A stretch of DNA of 64,000 bases from Candidatus Magasanikiibacteriota bacterium (GTDB taxonomy: Bacteria; Patescibacteriota; Patescibacteriia; Magasanikbacterales; UBA922), in assembly GCA_014729395.1 (NCBI GenBank), contig WJJZ01000010.1, positions 220,544-284,543 of the forward strand. Direction: 5' to 3'. Below, piece by piece: positions 9,273 through 18,329 of this stretch. Positions within the stretch are counted from its first letter, which is position 1. Each line of letters begins with the position of its first letter. The notes under the pieces were generated by a model. That model saw only the letters and a list, made by a program, of their open reading frames with translations, did no database searches and had not been told where the DNA came from. A program made the position numbers and the translations under genes.

Positions 9273-10643
9273 TTATGATGTTATTATAGCTTCAATCTCT
9301 TCTTTTTTTTGTCGCATGACATCCGCCTCTTTGGCCTCCAAATTTAATCTCAGCACCGGTTCTGTGTTTGATTTTCTCACACTAAACCAACCCCAATCAA
9401 ACTTTATATAAAGTCCGTCAAGATGGGAAATTTCCTGAGCCTCGCTTTTGTAAGTTTCCTCCAATTTTGCAATCACCCCATCTTTATCCTCAACTTTAAA
9501 ATTAATCTCTCCGGAATGATAATACTTTTTTAATGGCTCAACCATTGTGCTTAAAGTTTTACCTTCACGTGAAAGCATTTGTAAAACCAAAAGTAAAGAC
9601 AGGTCACTGGATTCCAAATTATACAAATCACCATAGTACAAGTGCTGTGAAAGCTCGCTGGCAAAAATAGCTTTATTTTCCTTCATCAATTTTTTAATCA
9701 AAGCATGACCTACCATACACATCTCCGGTTCACCACCGTTCTCTTTCCAGACTTCCGGAATAACCATACTTGATCTTAAATCATAATACATTTTGCCGGA
9801 TCCTTTTTTCTTTAAAATTTCCAATCCCACCAAGGCACCAACAAAAGAAGCCCCGACTACCTCCCCGTTTTCATCCACCAAGCCAATCCTATCGGCGTCA
9901 CCATCCAGGGCGAAACCAAAATCAGCCCCAAACTCTTTTACCTTGTTCTGCAAATCGCGCAGTGTTTCAAGCTTTAGGGGGTTGGCCTCGTGATTGGGAA
10001 AACCGCCGTCCGGTTCCATGTATAAATATTCAACCTCAATCGGTAATTTTTCAATAACCTTGGGCAACACCACCCCGCCCATCCCGTTTCCACCATCCAC
10101 AACCAACTTCATTGGCTTTATCTCTTCCTTATCCACTAAAGAAAATATTTTTTCAATATAATCAGACAGTACATCTTTTTTCATAAGCTGTCCTTTATAA
10201 TCTGACTCATCAAACTCTCCCTTCTGCACCATATCTTTTATATCATCCATACCGGTAGCTCCTCCAAGAGGCAAACCATCTTCAAAAGTAATTTTAAAGC
10301 CATTATATTCAGCCGGATTATGACTGGCCGTGACCATGATTCCGCCGGCATGTTCTTTGTAATGGGCTGACGCAAAATTAAAAACAGGCGTTGATACCAA
10401 ACCCACATCCACCACATCCACACCTTCATCATTGATGCCTCTAATCAATTCTCTTTGAAATCCCAAACTAGAATCCCGCATGTCACGACCGACCACAATT
10501 TGTCTACCGTTGAAATCAAAATCTTTGTTTTTCAAAAAAATAACAAATGACCTGCCCAACCTATAAGCTAATTCCACCGACAATTCTCCTTCTACCAAGC
10601 CCCTTATATCATAGGCCTTAAAAATATGATCTGGAAATTCCAT
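9273..10643 (-). CDS. Phosphoglucomutase/phosphomannomutase family protein
   Basis: Active-site TASHNPAEYNGFK, metal-binding DGDADR, 456 aa. Confidence 0.85.
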   Translation of the reverse strand: MEFPDHIFKAYDIRGLVEGELSVELAYRLGRSFVIFLKNKDFDFNGRQIVVGRDMRDSSLGFQRELIRGINDEGVDVVDVGLVSTPVFNFASAHYKEHAGGIMVTASHNPAEYNGFKITFEDGLPLGGATGMDDIKDMVQKGEFDESDYKGQLMKKDVLSDYIEKIFSLVDKEEIKPMKLVVDGGNGMGGVVLPKVIEKLPIEVEYLYMEPDGGFPNHEANPLKLETLRDLQNKVKEFGADFGFALDGDADRIGLVDENGEVVGASFVGALVGLEILKKKGSGKMYYDLRSSMVIPEVWKENGGEPEMCMVGHALIKKLMKENKAIFASELSQHLYYGDLYNLESSDLSLLLVLQMLSREGKTLSTMVEPLKKYYHSGEINFKVEDKDGVIAKLEETYKSEAQEISHLDGLYIKFDWGWFSVRKSNTEPVLRLNLEAKEADVMRQKKEEIEAIITS

Positions 10644-10785
10644 AAATAATAATTAACAATTAACAATGAACAACTAACAAATTTATTATCGTATACCGGA
10701 AAGCAATAAATTCTTTCGAAAAAATGAAGGTCTTCACGACAAGATTTGTTAATTGCTAATTGTTAGTTGTAAATTGAAAAATACT

Positions 10786-10815
10786 TTGACAAAAGCGACT
10801 TTTACAGTATATAAT
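10786..10815 (+). promoter_or_regulatory. Sigma-70-like promoter upstream of clpC-like gene
   Basis: TTGACA-18 nt-TATAAT; followed by a ~175-nt leader containing direct repeats (AAAAAATTGAAT x2, TCATAGATTCATAG). Confidence 0.45.
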
Positions 10816-10991
10816 ATCCCTATATTTTAGACAAATATACAAAAAAAATTGAATCATAGATTCATAGCGAATTTTGGTATTTTAAAAAATGATATATTAA
10901 AAAAAATTGAATTTATAATTTAATATTACACGAAAGTTGATTAAGCGTTTATCTAGATTGCAAATTCTAGATTCTAAATTACTAAACTATT

Positions 10992-13544
10992 ATGAACCCG
11001 GAGCAATTTCTTGAAAGATTTTCAACACATCTAAAAAATACAATAGCCCGAGCTATCTCAATAGCGGTGTCCATGCAACATACTGAAGTTTCATCTACTC
11101 ATCTTATTTTAGCAATAATTGAAGAAGATGGTTCAGTTGGCGCCGAAATCATTCAGAAATCCGAACCAAAAAAGAAAAAAATTGCTTCTTTCTTACAAAA
11201 CAATCAATCTTTGAAAAATGAAAAAAAGAAAAAAAATTTAAACTCCCAAATCCCTGAACTGGATGATAATGCAAAACAATCCCTGGAAAGAGCCATGTTA
11301 ATCGCCTACAAACTAAAACATAACTATATCGGAACAGAACATTTACTATCTGGATTACTAAATAGTGATGATAAAAATATAAAGCAAATTTTTTCAAAAA
11401 AATATTTAGATAAGAAAGAATTGGAAAGGCAAATCAATACCGCACTTGAAAGTATCAGTAAATTTCCAAAAATTGAAGATGTGGGAGCCGTGATGGATCA
11501 GATACAAGGTATGCCTGATGAAACACCACTTGGAGCTAACCCGATTCAAGGACCCGGTATACCGATGATGCCGATTCCACAGTTGAATAAAAAAAAGACT
11601 GACATTACAAGTTATTATACAACCAACCTAACCAGTACGAAAATACAAAAAAATATTGACCCTGTAGTCGGTCGTGAAAAAGAAATTGAAAGAATAATAA
11701 ACATTTTGGCCAGACGTACAAAAAATAATCCGGTTTTGATCGGAGAACCCGGGGTTGGAAAAACCGCTATTATAGAGGGCTTGGCAAAAAACATACTTAA
11801 AAAAGAAACACCGCAATATCTGCACAAAAAAAAGATCCTATCCCTTGATCTCACTCTTTTAATTTCCGGAACAATATATCGAGGTGAATTTGAATCAAGA
11901 CTAAAACAAATTATAGATACAGTCAGTTCCAATGAAGATATAATCCTGTTTATTGACGAAATTCATAATATAATCGGAACCGGTACCAACCAGGGTACAA
12001 TGGACGCAGCCAACATCTTAAAACCGGCGCTGGCCAGAGGTAATTTGCGTTGCATCGGAGCAACAACAATCGACGAGTACAAAAAATATATCCACTCGGA
12101 CCCGGCTCTGGAAAGACGTTTTCAAGAAATCTTAATCGACGAAACTTCACAAGACGAAACTTTTTCCATAATAAAAGGTATAAAAGATAATTATGAAAAA
12201 TATCATAATACACAAATTACAAATAGCGCAATCCGGGCAGCGGTTGAGATGAGTAGTAAATATATTCATGATAATTTCTTGCCGGATAAAGCAATAGATC
12301 TGATTGACGAGGCATCAGCTTCTGTAAATATAAAAAGAAAAATCAATAGTGCCGAAAAAAAATTTAATGACCTGACGCAAGAGCTTGATGAAATAAAAAA
12401 ACATAAAAATAAAGCCATAACTGAAGAAAAATATTCGACCGCTAAAAAATTAAAGCAGAAAGAAGCGGAAATCAATAAAAAAATTGAAAAAGCAAGACAA
12501 GAAAACACCAAAAAACAAAGTAGAAAAAGAGTAACCGAAAAAGATGTGGCAAACGTGTTATCAAATCGCTTAAAAATAGACAAAAAAATTCTATTATCCA
12601 ATGAATGGGAACAACTAAATAATCTCAAAAAAAGGATGACTGCCAATATTTTTGGCCAAGATGATATTATGGAAAGCATTGTAAAAACCCTGCAAAAATC
12701 ACATTTACGCTCAAAAAAGCATACAGGTGCTTTTGCTTCCATGATCTTTGTAGGACCAAGCGGAGTGGGAAAAACAGAAACCGCAAAAATTCTCGCCCGC
12801 GAACTTTTTCACGATAAAGACGCCCTAATAAAGCTGGATATGAGTGAATTTTCAGAATCACACGGCATATCCAAACTACTGGGCTCACCTGCCGGTTATG
12901 TTGGTTACAATGACCGAAATTTATTTTTGGAAAAAATAACCAAAAAACCTTATTCTGTTGTTTTATTTGATGAGTTTGATAAGGCCCACGCCAGCATTAG
13001 AAGACTTCTTTTGCAAATACTCGACGATGGCTACCTCACAGACAGTATTGGCAAGAAAATTAGTTTTAATCATGCTATAATAATAATTACTACAAATATT
13101 GCTTCCGAGTTATTCAAATCAAGCGGAATCGGTTTTGAAAATATACATAATTTTGCCAACGAAAGAAATCAAATACTTAAATCAAAACTGAAAGAAAAGT
13201 TTGGTACAGAATTAATTGATAGGATGGAAAATATTCATATCTTCAATCCACTCACCAGAAAAGATTTAAAAAAAATCGTGACCAAAAAACTAGATGAGAC
13301 TATTCAAAATGTAGAAAAATCACAAGCTTTAAATATTGTCAGCGAAGATAAAATAATAGATCATCTGATCGGTAATATTTTTTCAGAAAAGCAAGGTGCC
13401 AGACAGATAAAAAAAACTGTAGAAGATATTATTCACAAACTTATAGTTGATTTTTTGAGTAATCGGAAGAATGATGCTAAAAAAAATCCAGATCTTAAGC
13501 TAAAAATTGTTAATGATAAAATCAAATTCATAGAAAATAGATAA
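10992..13544 (+). CDS. clpC: Clp/Hsp100 AAA+ ATPase (ClpC/ClpB family) with two Clp_N repeats, two AAA modules, short coiled-coil M domain
   Basis: GEPGVGKTAI (D1 Walker A), VGPSGVGKTE (D2 Walker A), N-domain repeats, possible ClpP-loop GIGF; 850 aa. Confidence 0.8.
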   Translation: MNPEQFLERFSTHLKNTIARAISIAVSMQHTEVSSTHLILAIIEEDGSVGAEIIQKSEPKKKKIASFLQNNQSLKNEKKKKNLNSQIPELDDNAKQSLERAMLIAYKLKHNYIGTEHLLSGLLNSDDKNIKQIFSKKYLDKKELERQINTALESISKFPKIEDVGAVMDQIQGMPDETPLGANPIQGPGIPMMPIPQLNKKKTDITSYYTTNLTSTKIQKNIDPVVGREKEIERIINILARRTKNNPVLIGEPGVGKTAIIEGLAKNILKKETPQYLHKKKILSLDLTLLISGTIYRGEFESRLKQIIDTVSSNEDIILFIDEIHNIIGTGTNQGTMDAANILKPALARGNLRCIGATTIDEYKKYIHSDPALERRFQEILIDETSQDETFSIIKGIKDNYEKYHNTQITNSAIRAAVEMSSKYIHDNFLPDKAIDLIDEASASVNIKRKINSAEKKFNDLTQELDEIKKHKNKAITEEKYSTAKKLKQKEAEINKKIEKARQENTKKQSRKRVTEKDVANVLSNRLKIDKKILLSNEWEQLNNLKKRMTANIFGQDDIMESIVKTLQKSHLRSKKHTGAFASMIFVGPSGVGKTETAKILARELFHDKDALIKLDMSEFSESHGISKLLGSPAGYVGYNDRNLFLEKITKKPYSVVLFDEFDKAHASIRRLLLQILDDGYLTDSIGKKISFNHAIIIITTNIASELFKSSGIGFENIHNFANERNQILKSKLKEKFGTELIDRMENIHIFNPLTRKDLKKIVTKKLDETIQNVEKSQALNIVSEDKIIDHLIGNIFSEKQGARQIKKTVEDIIHKLIVDFLSNRKNDAKKNPDLKLKIVNDKIKFIENR

Positions 13545-13573
13545 TTTTTGCGAATATAAATTAATTATAAATT

Positions 13574-14665
13574 ATGGCAGAAACCAAGGATGATAAAATT
13601 GCCGTTGACTTGAAAAAGGCTCTAAGAAAAGATTCCTTGCTTGAAAATGCCAGTGAAGAAGATCTGAAAAAAATAAGCAATGAAATAGGAGAAATAATAA
13701 ATGAAAACGAAAGCATACAAAATAATGGCATTGATCCCGACGAAATTGCCTCACCCTCGCCTGCTTATGTTGCGCCGGAAAAACCGATTTCAAGACCGAC
13801 AACACAAAAAAAACCTGCCGTACCAGAGGAAGAACTTCCAAAAAATAATCAAAATTTGGAAAATGAAAATATTACAGAAAAATCGCCTACACAAAAACCG
13901 ATACCGGAAAAAGATCAAAAACCTTTGAGAGAAAATATTAGCAACCAACCCGGTGAACTTAGCAATCCTGCCGATGCTGAAGAATCAGTACAAGAGAGTG
14001 AAGACTATGAACCTTTTTCAGAAGAACCCTTTCAGGGAGATAGCACGGCAGCCGGACAAACCGCAGAAAAAGACACCGGTACACAGCCAGATAAAAAATC
14101 TGAAACGCAAGCCGATCCTGAATCCAAAGAGCAAACTCAAGCAGCCGGGTTAAAAAGCCAGAGACAAAGATCAAGATATTTAAACAAACTACAAGATAAA
14201 AAAGATAAAGTAAAAACCAAACAGAAAGAAGAACCCAAGGCCGGAACGATCAACGGTTTCTATAGTTATTTGTTAATTTTTTTTATAAGGGATGTTTTAT
14301 TGATTATACTTTGCTTCATCCCGATTGTAGGAGCGGTTGTGGCAATGCTTACCGTACACCCCTTAGATATACTGGTAATTATCTTTTTCTTAAAAAGCCA
14401 AGATAAGGCCAGTTTTTATCCTTTTCTGGCAAAAATAGTGGCCAGCGGATCAATTTACACGCTTATTTTCTTTTTAGTTTCTCATTCTCTATTTTTAATC
14501 TATTTGGCAGTTTTATATAAAGTAGAAGGGCTTAAAGCAAAAGTTACCGGAAAAAAAACAGTGGCAAAAAAACTTCTTGGCTCAAAGGAAGATAGGAAAA
14601 AAAATTCTATTGCCAATAAAATGGCCGCAGCCAATGCCGGCGGAGGAGCCAAACCGAACGCATAA
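13574..14665 (+). CDS. Hypothetical protein: ~200-aa acidic low-complexity N-terminal region followed by polytopic membrane domain
   Basis: 363 aa; E/D/P/Q-rich N-half, 4 hydrophobic helices in C-half. Confidence 0.5.
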   Translation: MAETKDDKIAVDLKKALRKDSLLENASEEDLKKISNEIGEIINENESIQNNGIDPDEIASPSPAYVAPEKPISRPTTQKKPAVPEEELPKNNQNLENENITEKSPTQKPIPEKDQKPLRENISNQPGELSNPADAEESVQESEDYEPFSEEPFQGDSTAAGQTAEKDTGTQPDKKSETQADPESKEQTQAAGLKSQRQRSRYLNKLQDKKDKVKTKQKEEPKAGTINGFYSYLLIFFIRDVLLIILCFIPIVGAVVAMLTVHPLDILVIIFFLKSQDKASFYPFLAKIVASGSIYTLIFFLVSHSLFLIYLAVLYKVEGLKAKVTGKKTVAKKLLGSKEDRKKNSIANKMAAANAGGGAKPNA

Positions 14666-14682
14666 TATACTAATAATAAATT

Positions 14683-15903
14683 ATGGATAAAAAAAAGTTG
14701 GGACTTATAATCATTTTTATAATCATTACCCTAATCCTTGGTTACACAATGTACAGATTATTTTTTTATAGAGCTGCACAACCCCAACCCGAAGAACCGG
14801 GAGTAGAATTACCCGGGGGTCCGGGTTTCCCACAGGCAGGAGAGGGTGAAGTAACAGGACCGGGAGCGGAAGAACCCGGAGGATTACCTACCGCGGGTGT
14901 GATTCCGGAAATTGAAGGCCCTTCCATACCCGAAGAAGAACCGACTGTCTCGAGAGTAATTGACAGCATCATCGACAACTCCAGCGCCGGAACAGATGGA
15001 AATGTGAATTTTTACAGCAGACAAGATGGTAAGTTTTATCGATATGATACGGAAACAGGCATCGAAGAATTAAGTGACCAGGTTTTTTATAACGTCTCAA
15101 ATGTTACCTGGTCTCCGACCAAAAATGAAGGAATAATTGAATATCCGGACGGGTCAAATATTTATTATAATTTTGATACAAAAAAACAAGTGACACTACC
15201 AAAACACTGGCAAGAATTTGATTTTTCCGAAAACGGAAATCAAATAGTAAGCAAGAGTATGGGATTATCCCCGGAGAACAGATGGCTGATAACATCTGAT
15301 CCGGAAGGCAACGGTGTAAGAACAATAGAGCCACTTGGTGAAAATGCCAGTGAGGTAATTGTTGACTGGTCCCCAAACAGACAAGTTGTGGCGTTATCAA
15401 CTACCGGAGAGCCACTTGGTGGTTATCGCCAAGAAGTTTTATTTGTTGGTCTGAATGGTGAAAATTTTCCTTCAACCATAGTTGAAGGACAAGGTTTACA
15501 AACCGAATGGTCAAAAGACGGAAGTAAATTATTATATAGTGTTTACAGCCCCAGAAGCGAATACAAACCCGAATTGTGGGTGGTAAATGCACAGGGAAAT
15601 GATATAGGCACCGGTAGGCAATCACTAAATCTAAACACCTGGGCAGAAAAATGCACTTTCCAGGATGATAGATTTGTTTACTGCGGAGTACCAACCGAAC
15701 TGCCGGTCGGCTCCGGATTTAATGCCGATTCGGTTGATAATGTAAATGATTATCTATATAAAATCGACACTCAAACCGGCCTGAGAACGCAAATTGAATT
15801 GGAAGGATATCATGTAATTGATGATATTTTTATGAGTAAAGATGGAAGCCAATTATTTTTCACAGACAAAACAACTGACGGTTTGTTCTCGGTTGATATA
15901 TAA
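14683..15903 (+). CDS. Membrane-anchored PD40/TolB-like beta-propeller repeat protein with Pro/Gly/Glu-rich linker
   Basis: N-terminal TM; PEEPGVELPGGPGFPQAGEGEV linker; repeated WSPxxxx / DGSxLxY blocks typical of PD40 repeats. Confidence 0.55.
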   Translation: MDKKKLGLIIIFIIITLILGYTMYRLFFYRAAQPQPEEPGVELPGGPGFPQAGEGEVTGPGAEEPGGLPTAGVIPEIEGPSIPEEEPTVSRVIDSIIDNSSAGTDGNVNFYSRQDGKFYRYDTETGIEELSDQVFYNVSNVTWSPTKNEGIIEYPDGSNIYYNFDTKKQVTLPKHWQEFDFSENGNQIVSKSMGLSPENRWLITSDPEGNGVRTIEPLGENASEVIVDWSPNRQVVALSTTGEPLGGYRQEVLFVGLNGENFPSTIVEGQGLQTEWSKDGSKLLYSVYSPRSEYKPELWVVNAQGNDIGTGRQSLNLNTWAEKCTFQDDRFVYCGVPTELPVGSGFNADSVDNVNDYLYKIDTQTGLRTQIELEGYHVIDDIFMSKDGSQLFFTDKTTDGLFSVDI

Positions 15904-15921
15904 ACTCCATATCCTAAAAAT

Positions 15922-16560
15922 ATGCCAAGCACAAAGAAATTACTAATTATTTTTATCCCAGCTATTTTTGTGTCCGCTTTTGCCTTATTTATTAGAGTCA
16001 TGCAGTACTCATCAATAACAAATTCATCAGGTCAAGATGAAATTCAAAGTCAATCACTCTTACCTATCCACCCCGAGGATCCCATTATTGGACACAAAAA
16101 ATCCCCGATTACAATAATAGTTTTTGGAGACTTTGCCTGCGAGGCTTGTCGTGTGCAAGATAATATTTTAGAAAAACTAATAAAAAAATATCCTGAAAAA
16201 ATTAAAGTCATATGGAAGGGACTTCCTGTGGCCAGATTTCCTTATAAAAGCGAACCCGCACACAGATATGCTTACTGTGCCAATAAACAAGAAAAGTTTG
16301 ATCAATTTGCTAAATTAGCTTTTACAAATTCGGACAATTTATCACCAACCGCAATTGGCAGAATTGTTCAAGAAATAAAAATCAATCAAGAAGAAATGCT
16401 AAACTGTTTGAACAATGATGAAGTTGATCAATATATAGTCTTTAACAAACAATTAGCCACCTCTTTGGGAATTCAAGCGGTACCGGCAATATTTATCAAT
16501 GACAAACAAATAAAAACACCGAACAGTCTCGATGAATGGGAATCTATACTTCAACTATAA
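15922..16560 (+). CDS. DsbA-like thiol:disulfide oxidoreductase (thioredoxin fold, CxxC)
   Basis: N-terminal TM/signal; FGDFACEACR CxxC active site; 212 aa. Confidence 0.7.
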   Translation: MPSTKKLLIIFIPAIFVSAFALFIRVMQYSSITNSSGQDEIQSQSLLPIHPEDPIIGHKKSPITIIVFGDFACEACRVQDNILEKLIKKYPEKIKVIWKGLPVARFPYKSEPAHRYAYCANKQEKFDQFAKLAFTNSDNLSPTAIGRIVQEIKINQEEMLNCLNNDEVDQYIVFNKQLATSLGIQAVPAIFINDKQIKTPNSLDEWESILQL

Positions 16561-16561
16561 T

Positions 16562-18319
16562 ATGAAAAAAATAATATTTAAATCGGTATTTATTTTTGTT
16601 AGTTTTTTTATTTTTGCTTTGCTCAACCTTACACCGGTATTGGCCCAAAACGATATAGAAGATTTACAGGAAAATATCCGAGTCCCGGAAACGCAAATTA
16701 ACATACCCGGTTTGGAATTCAGTGATGCAGATTTAGAAGAATTACAAACTAAAGATATAGGTCCGTTTGGTAGATTGAATACTTATTATTATTTTCCCTA
16801 TTTCGGTGAATACTTGGCTGCTGTATATAAATATACCATTGGGGCAATCGCTATTATAGCTGTAATTGTCTTAATTATTTCCGGACTGCAATGGGCATCT
16901 TCCGCCGGCAATGATGAAATGATAAATTCAGCAAAAAAGAGAATTATTGGGGCGGTTATGGGATTAGTGATAGCGGTATCTTCTTATACGATTTTATATA
17001 TTATTAACCCCGATTTAGTCCAATTTAACAATATAAAGGTTTTAACCGTTGTCGGTGAAGATGTAGATCTGGAAAACGCTGTTTATGATGGCAAACAGGT
17101 GGCTAGCGAATTTATCACATATAATGCCGATCCCAGCCGAGCTCTTTCGGACAGTCAGTATGATGAAATTTTTAAATCTTTTGCCAATTGTATTGATGCG
17201 GACTGGCGTTTACTAAAAGTAATGGCTTATAAAGAATCCCGATTGCGTAAAGATATAAAAAATAAAGAAGGTTTTATTGGACTGTTTCAAACTAAACCTA
17301 ATTTTTGTAGAAGTGCTCTAAGAAATTACCCACAGTGGGCGGGAAAATGCAATGACTTAACGGATCCGTATGTGAACACCGCGGTTGGTGCCATGATGCT
17401 TAAAACCGGTTTAGCTAAACTAAATAAATGCCCTTCATTAAGTACTGTTGATCAAGGTATTTTAATTTATTTAAATCACAACAGTGGAGGCGGGGCCGTT
17501 AATTGGATGATTAAAAACGGTGCTTGCGGCGGAGGCAATTTGATTGAAGAAACAATAATCGCTTTTTGGGATCAGCACAAAAATGGTAGATACAAAGGAC
17601 AAGAGAAAGGTCAAAAAAGATATAAATTTGCTGTTGGTGTATCTAAACTTTTTTTAGATCAAGGGGTTACAAATTTTAAAGACACCTCGCAAAATGGTGA
17701 TTTTAGATGCCCTTTAACCGAATACACATCTGACGTGGCCAGTAGCTTAAAAAATGTTTCTATAAATTGTGACGACGCTTTTAACGGACGCAAAGTATTA
17801 GCAATTGGTGACTCAAATATTGCTAACAGCAGCTCTTTTGTAGAAAAAATGGATACCGCTTGTCCAAATGTAGAGTTTGAGAAAAAGGCTTATAGTGGAG
17901 AAGATGCCGGCGATTTATGGAAAAAAATTGAAGATGGAACAATTGACTTAAGCAACTATAATGATGTTATAATTTGGATCGGTGTAAATGACCTAGATAA
18001 TGCAACTCGAGACTTGGAAAAAATATACAGAGAAGCCAGAGATAAAAATTTACGTGTTATAGCCATAACCCTAACCCCATGGAAAGACTATGGATCCTGG
18101 ACAGAACAGCGTCAACTAAAAACCGACGAAATTAATACTTGGATTAAAAACGATGGTGGCGGTTTCTTATCCGGACAAAAAATAATTGATGCATATTACT
18201 TATTGGAGGATCCAAAAAACCCTGACTACTTAAATCCTCTATACCAACGTGACCTGATTCATATTAATAATGCGGGGCACGAACTTTTGGCCAAGCTAAT
18301 CGCCGTAAAGGCATTTTGA
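16562..18319 (+). CDS. Secreted Cys-rich multidomain cell-wall hydrolase: signal peptide + conserved two-TM pilin-like module + lytic transglycosylase (SLT) domain + SGNH/GDSL hydrolase domain
   Basis: Start refined to MKKIIFKSV (signal peptide). SLT motifs AYKESRL...GLFQ...IYLNHNSGGG; SGNH blocks AIGDSN, GVNDL, DLIHINNAGH; >10 Cys. Confidence 0.75.
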   Translation: MKKIIFKSVFIFVSFFIFALLNLTPVLAQNDIEDLQENIRVPETQINIPGLEFSDADLEELQTKDIGPFGRLNTYYYFPYFGEYLAAVYKYTIGAIAIIAVIVLIISGLQWASSAGNDEMINSAKKRIIGAVMGLVIAVSSYTILYIINPDLVQFNNIKVLTVVGEDVDLENAVYDGKQVASEFITYNADPSRALSDSQYDEIFKSFANCIDADWRLLKVMAYKESRLRKDIKNKEGFIGLFQTKPNFCRSALRNYPQWAGKCNDLTDPYVNTAVGAMMLKTGLAKLNKCPSLSTVDQGILIYLNHNSGGGAVNWMIKNGACGGGNLIEETIIAFWDQHKNGRYKGQEKGQKRYKFAVGVSKLFLDQGVTNFKDTSQNGDFRCPLTEYTSDVASSLKNVSINCDDAFNGRKVLAIGDSNIANSSSFVEKMDTACPNVEFEKKAYSGEDAGDLWKKIEDGTIDLSNYNDVIIWIGVNDLDNATRDLEKIYREARDKNLRVIAITLTPWKDYGSWTEQRQLKTDEINTWIKNDGGGFLSGQKIIDAYYLLEDPKNPDYLNPLYQRDLIHINNAGHELLAKLIAVKAF

Positions 18320-18329
18320 TAAACATAAA

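Noticed and set aside
10238-10432. 64-aa Trp-rich minus-strand ORF
   Set aside because: Embedded in same strand region as the PGM gene in another frame; compositional artefact.
11149-12888. Multiple minus-strand ORFs (65-158 aa) inside clpC-like gene
   Set aside because: Antisense to a well-supported 850-aa AAA+ gene; Phe/Leu-rich antisense artefacts of the A-rich coding strand.
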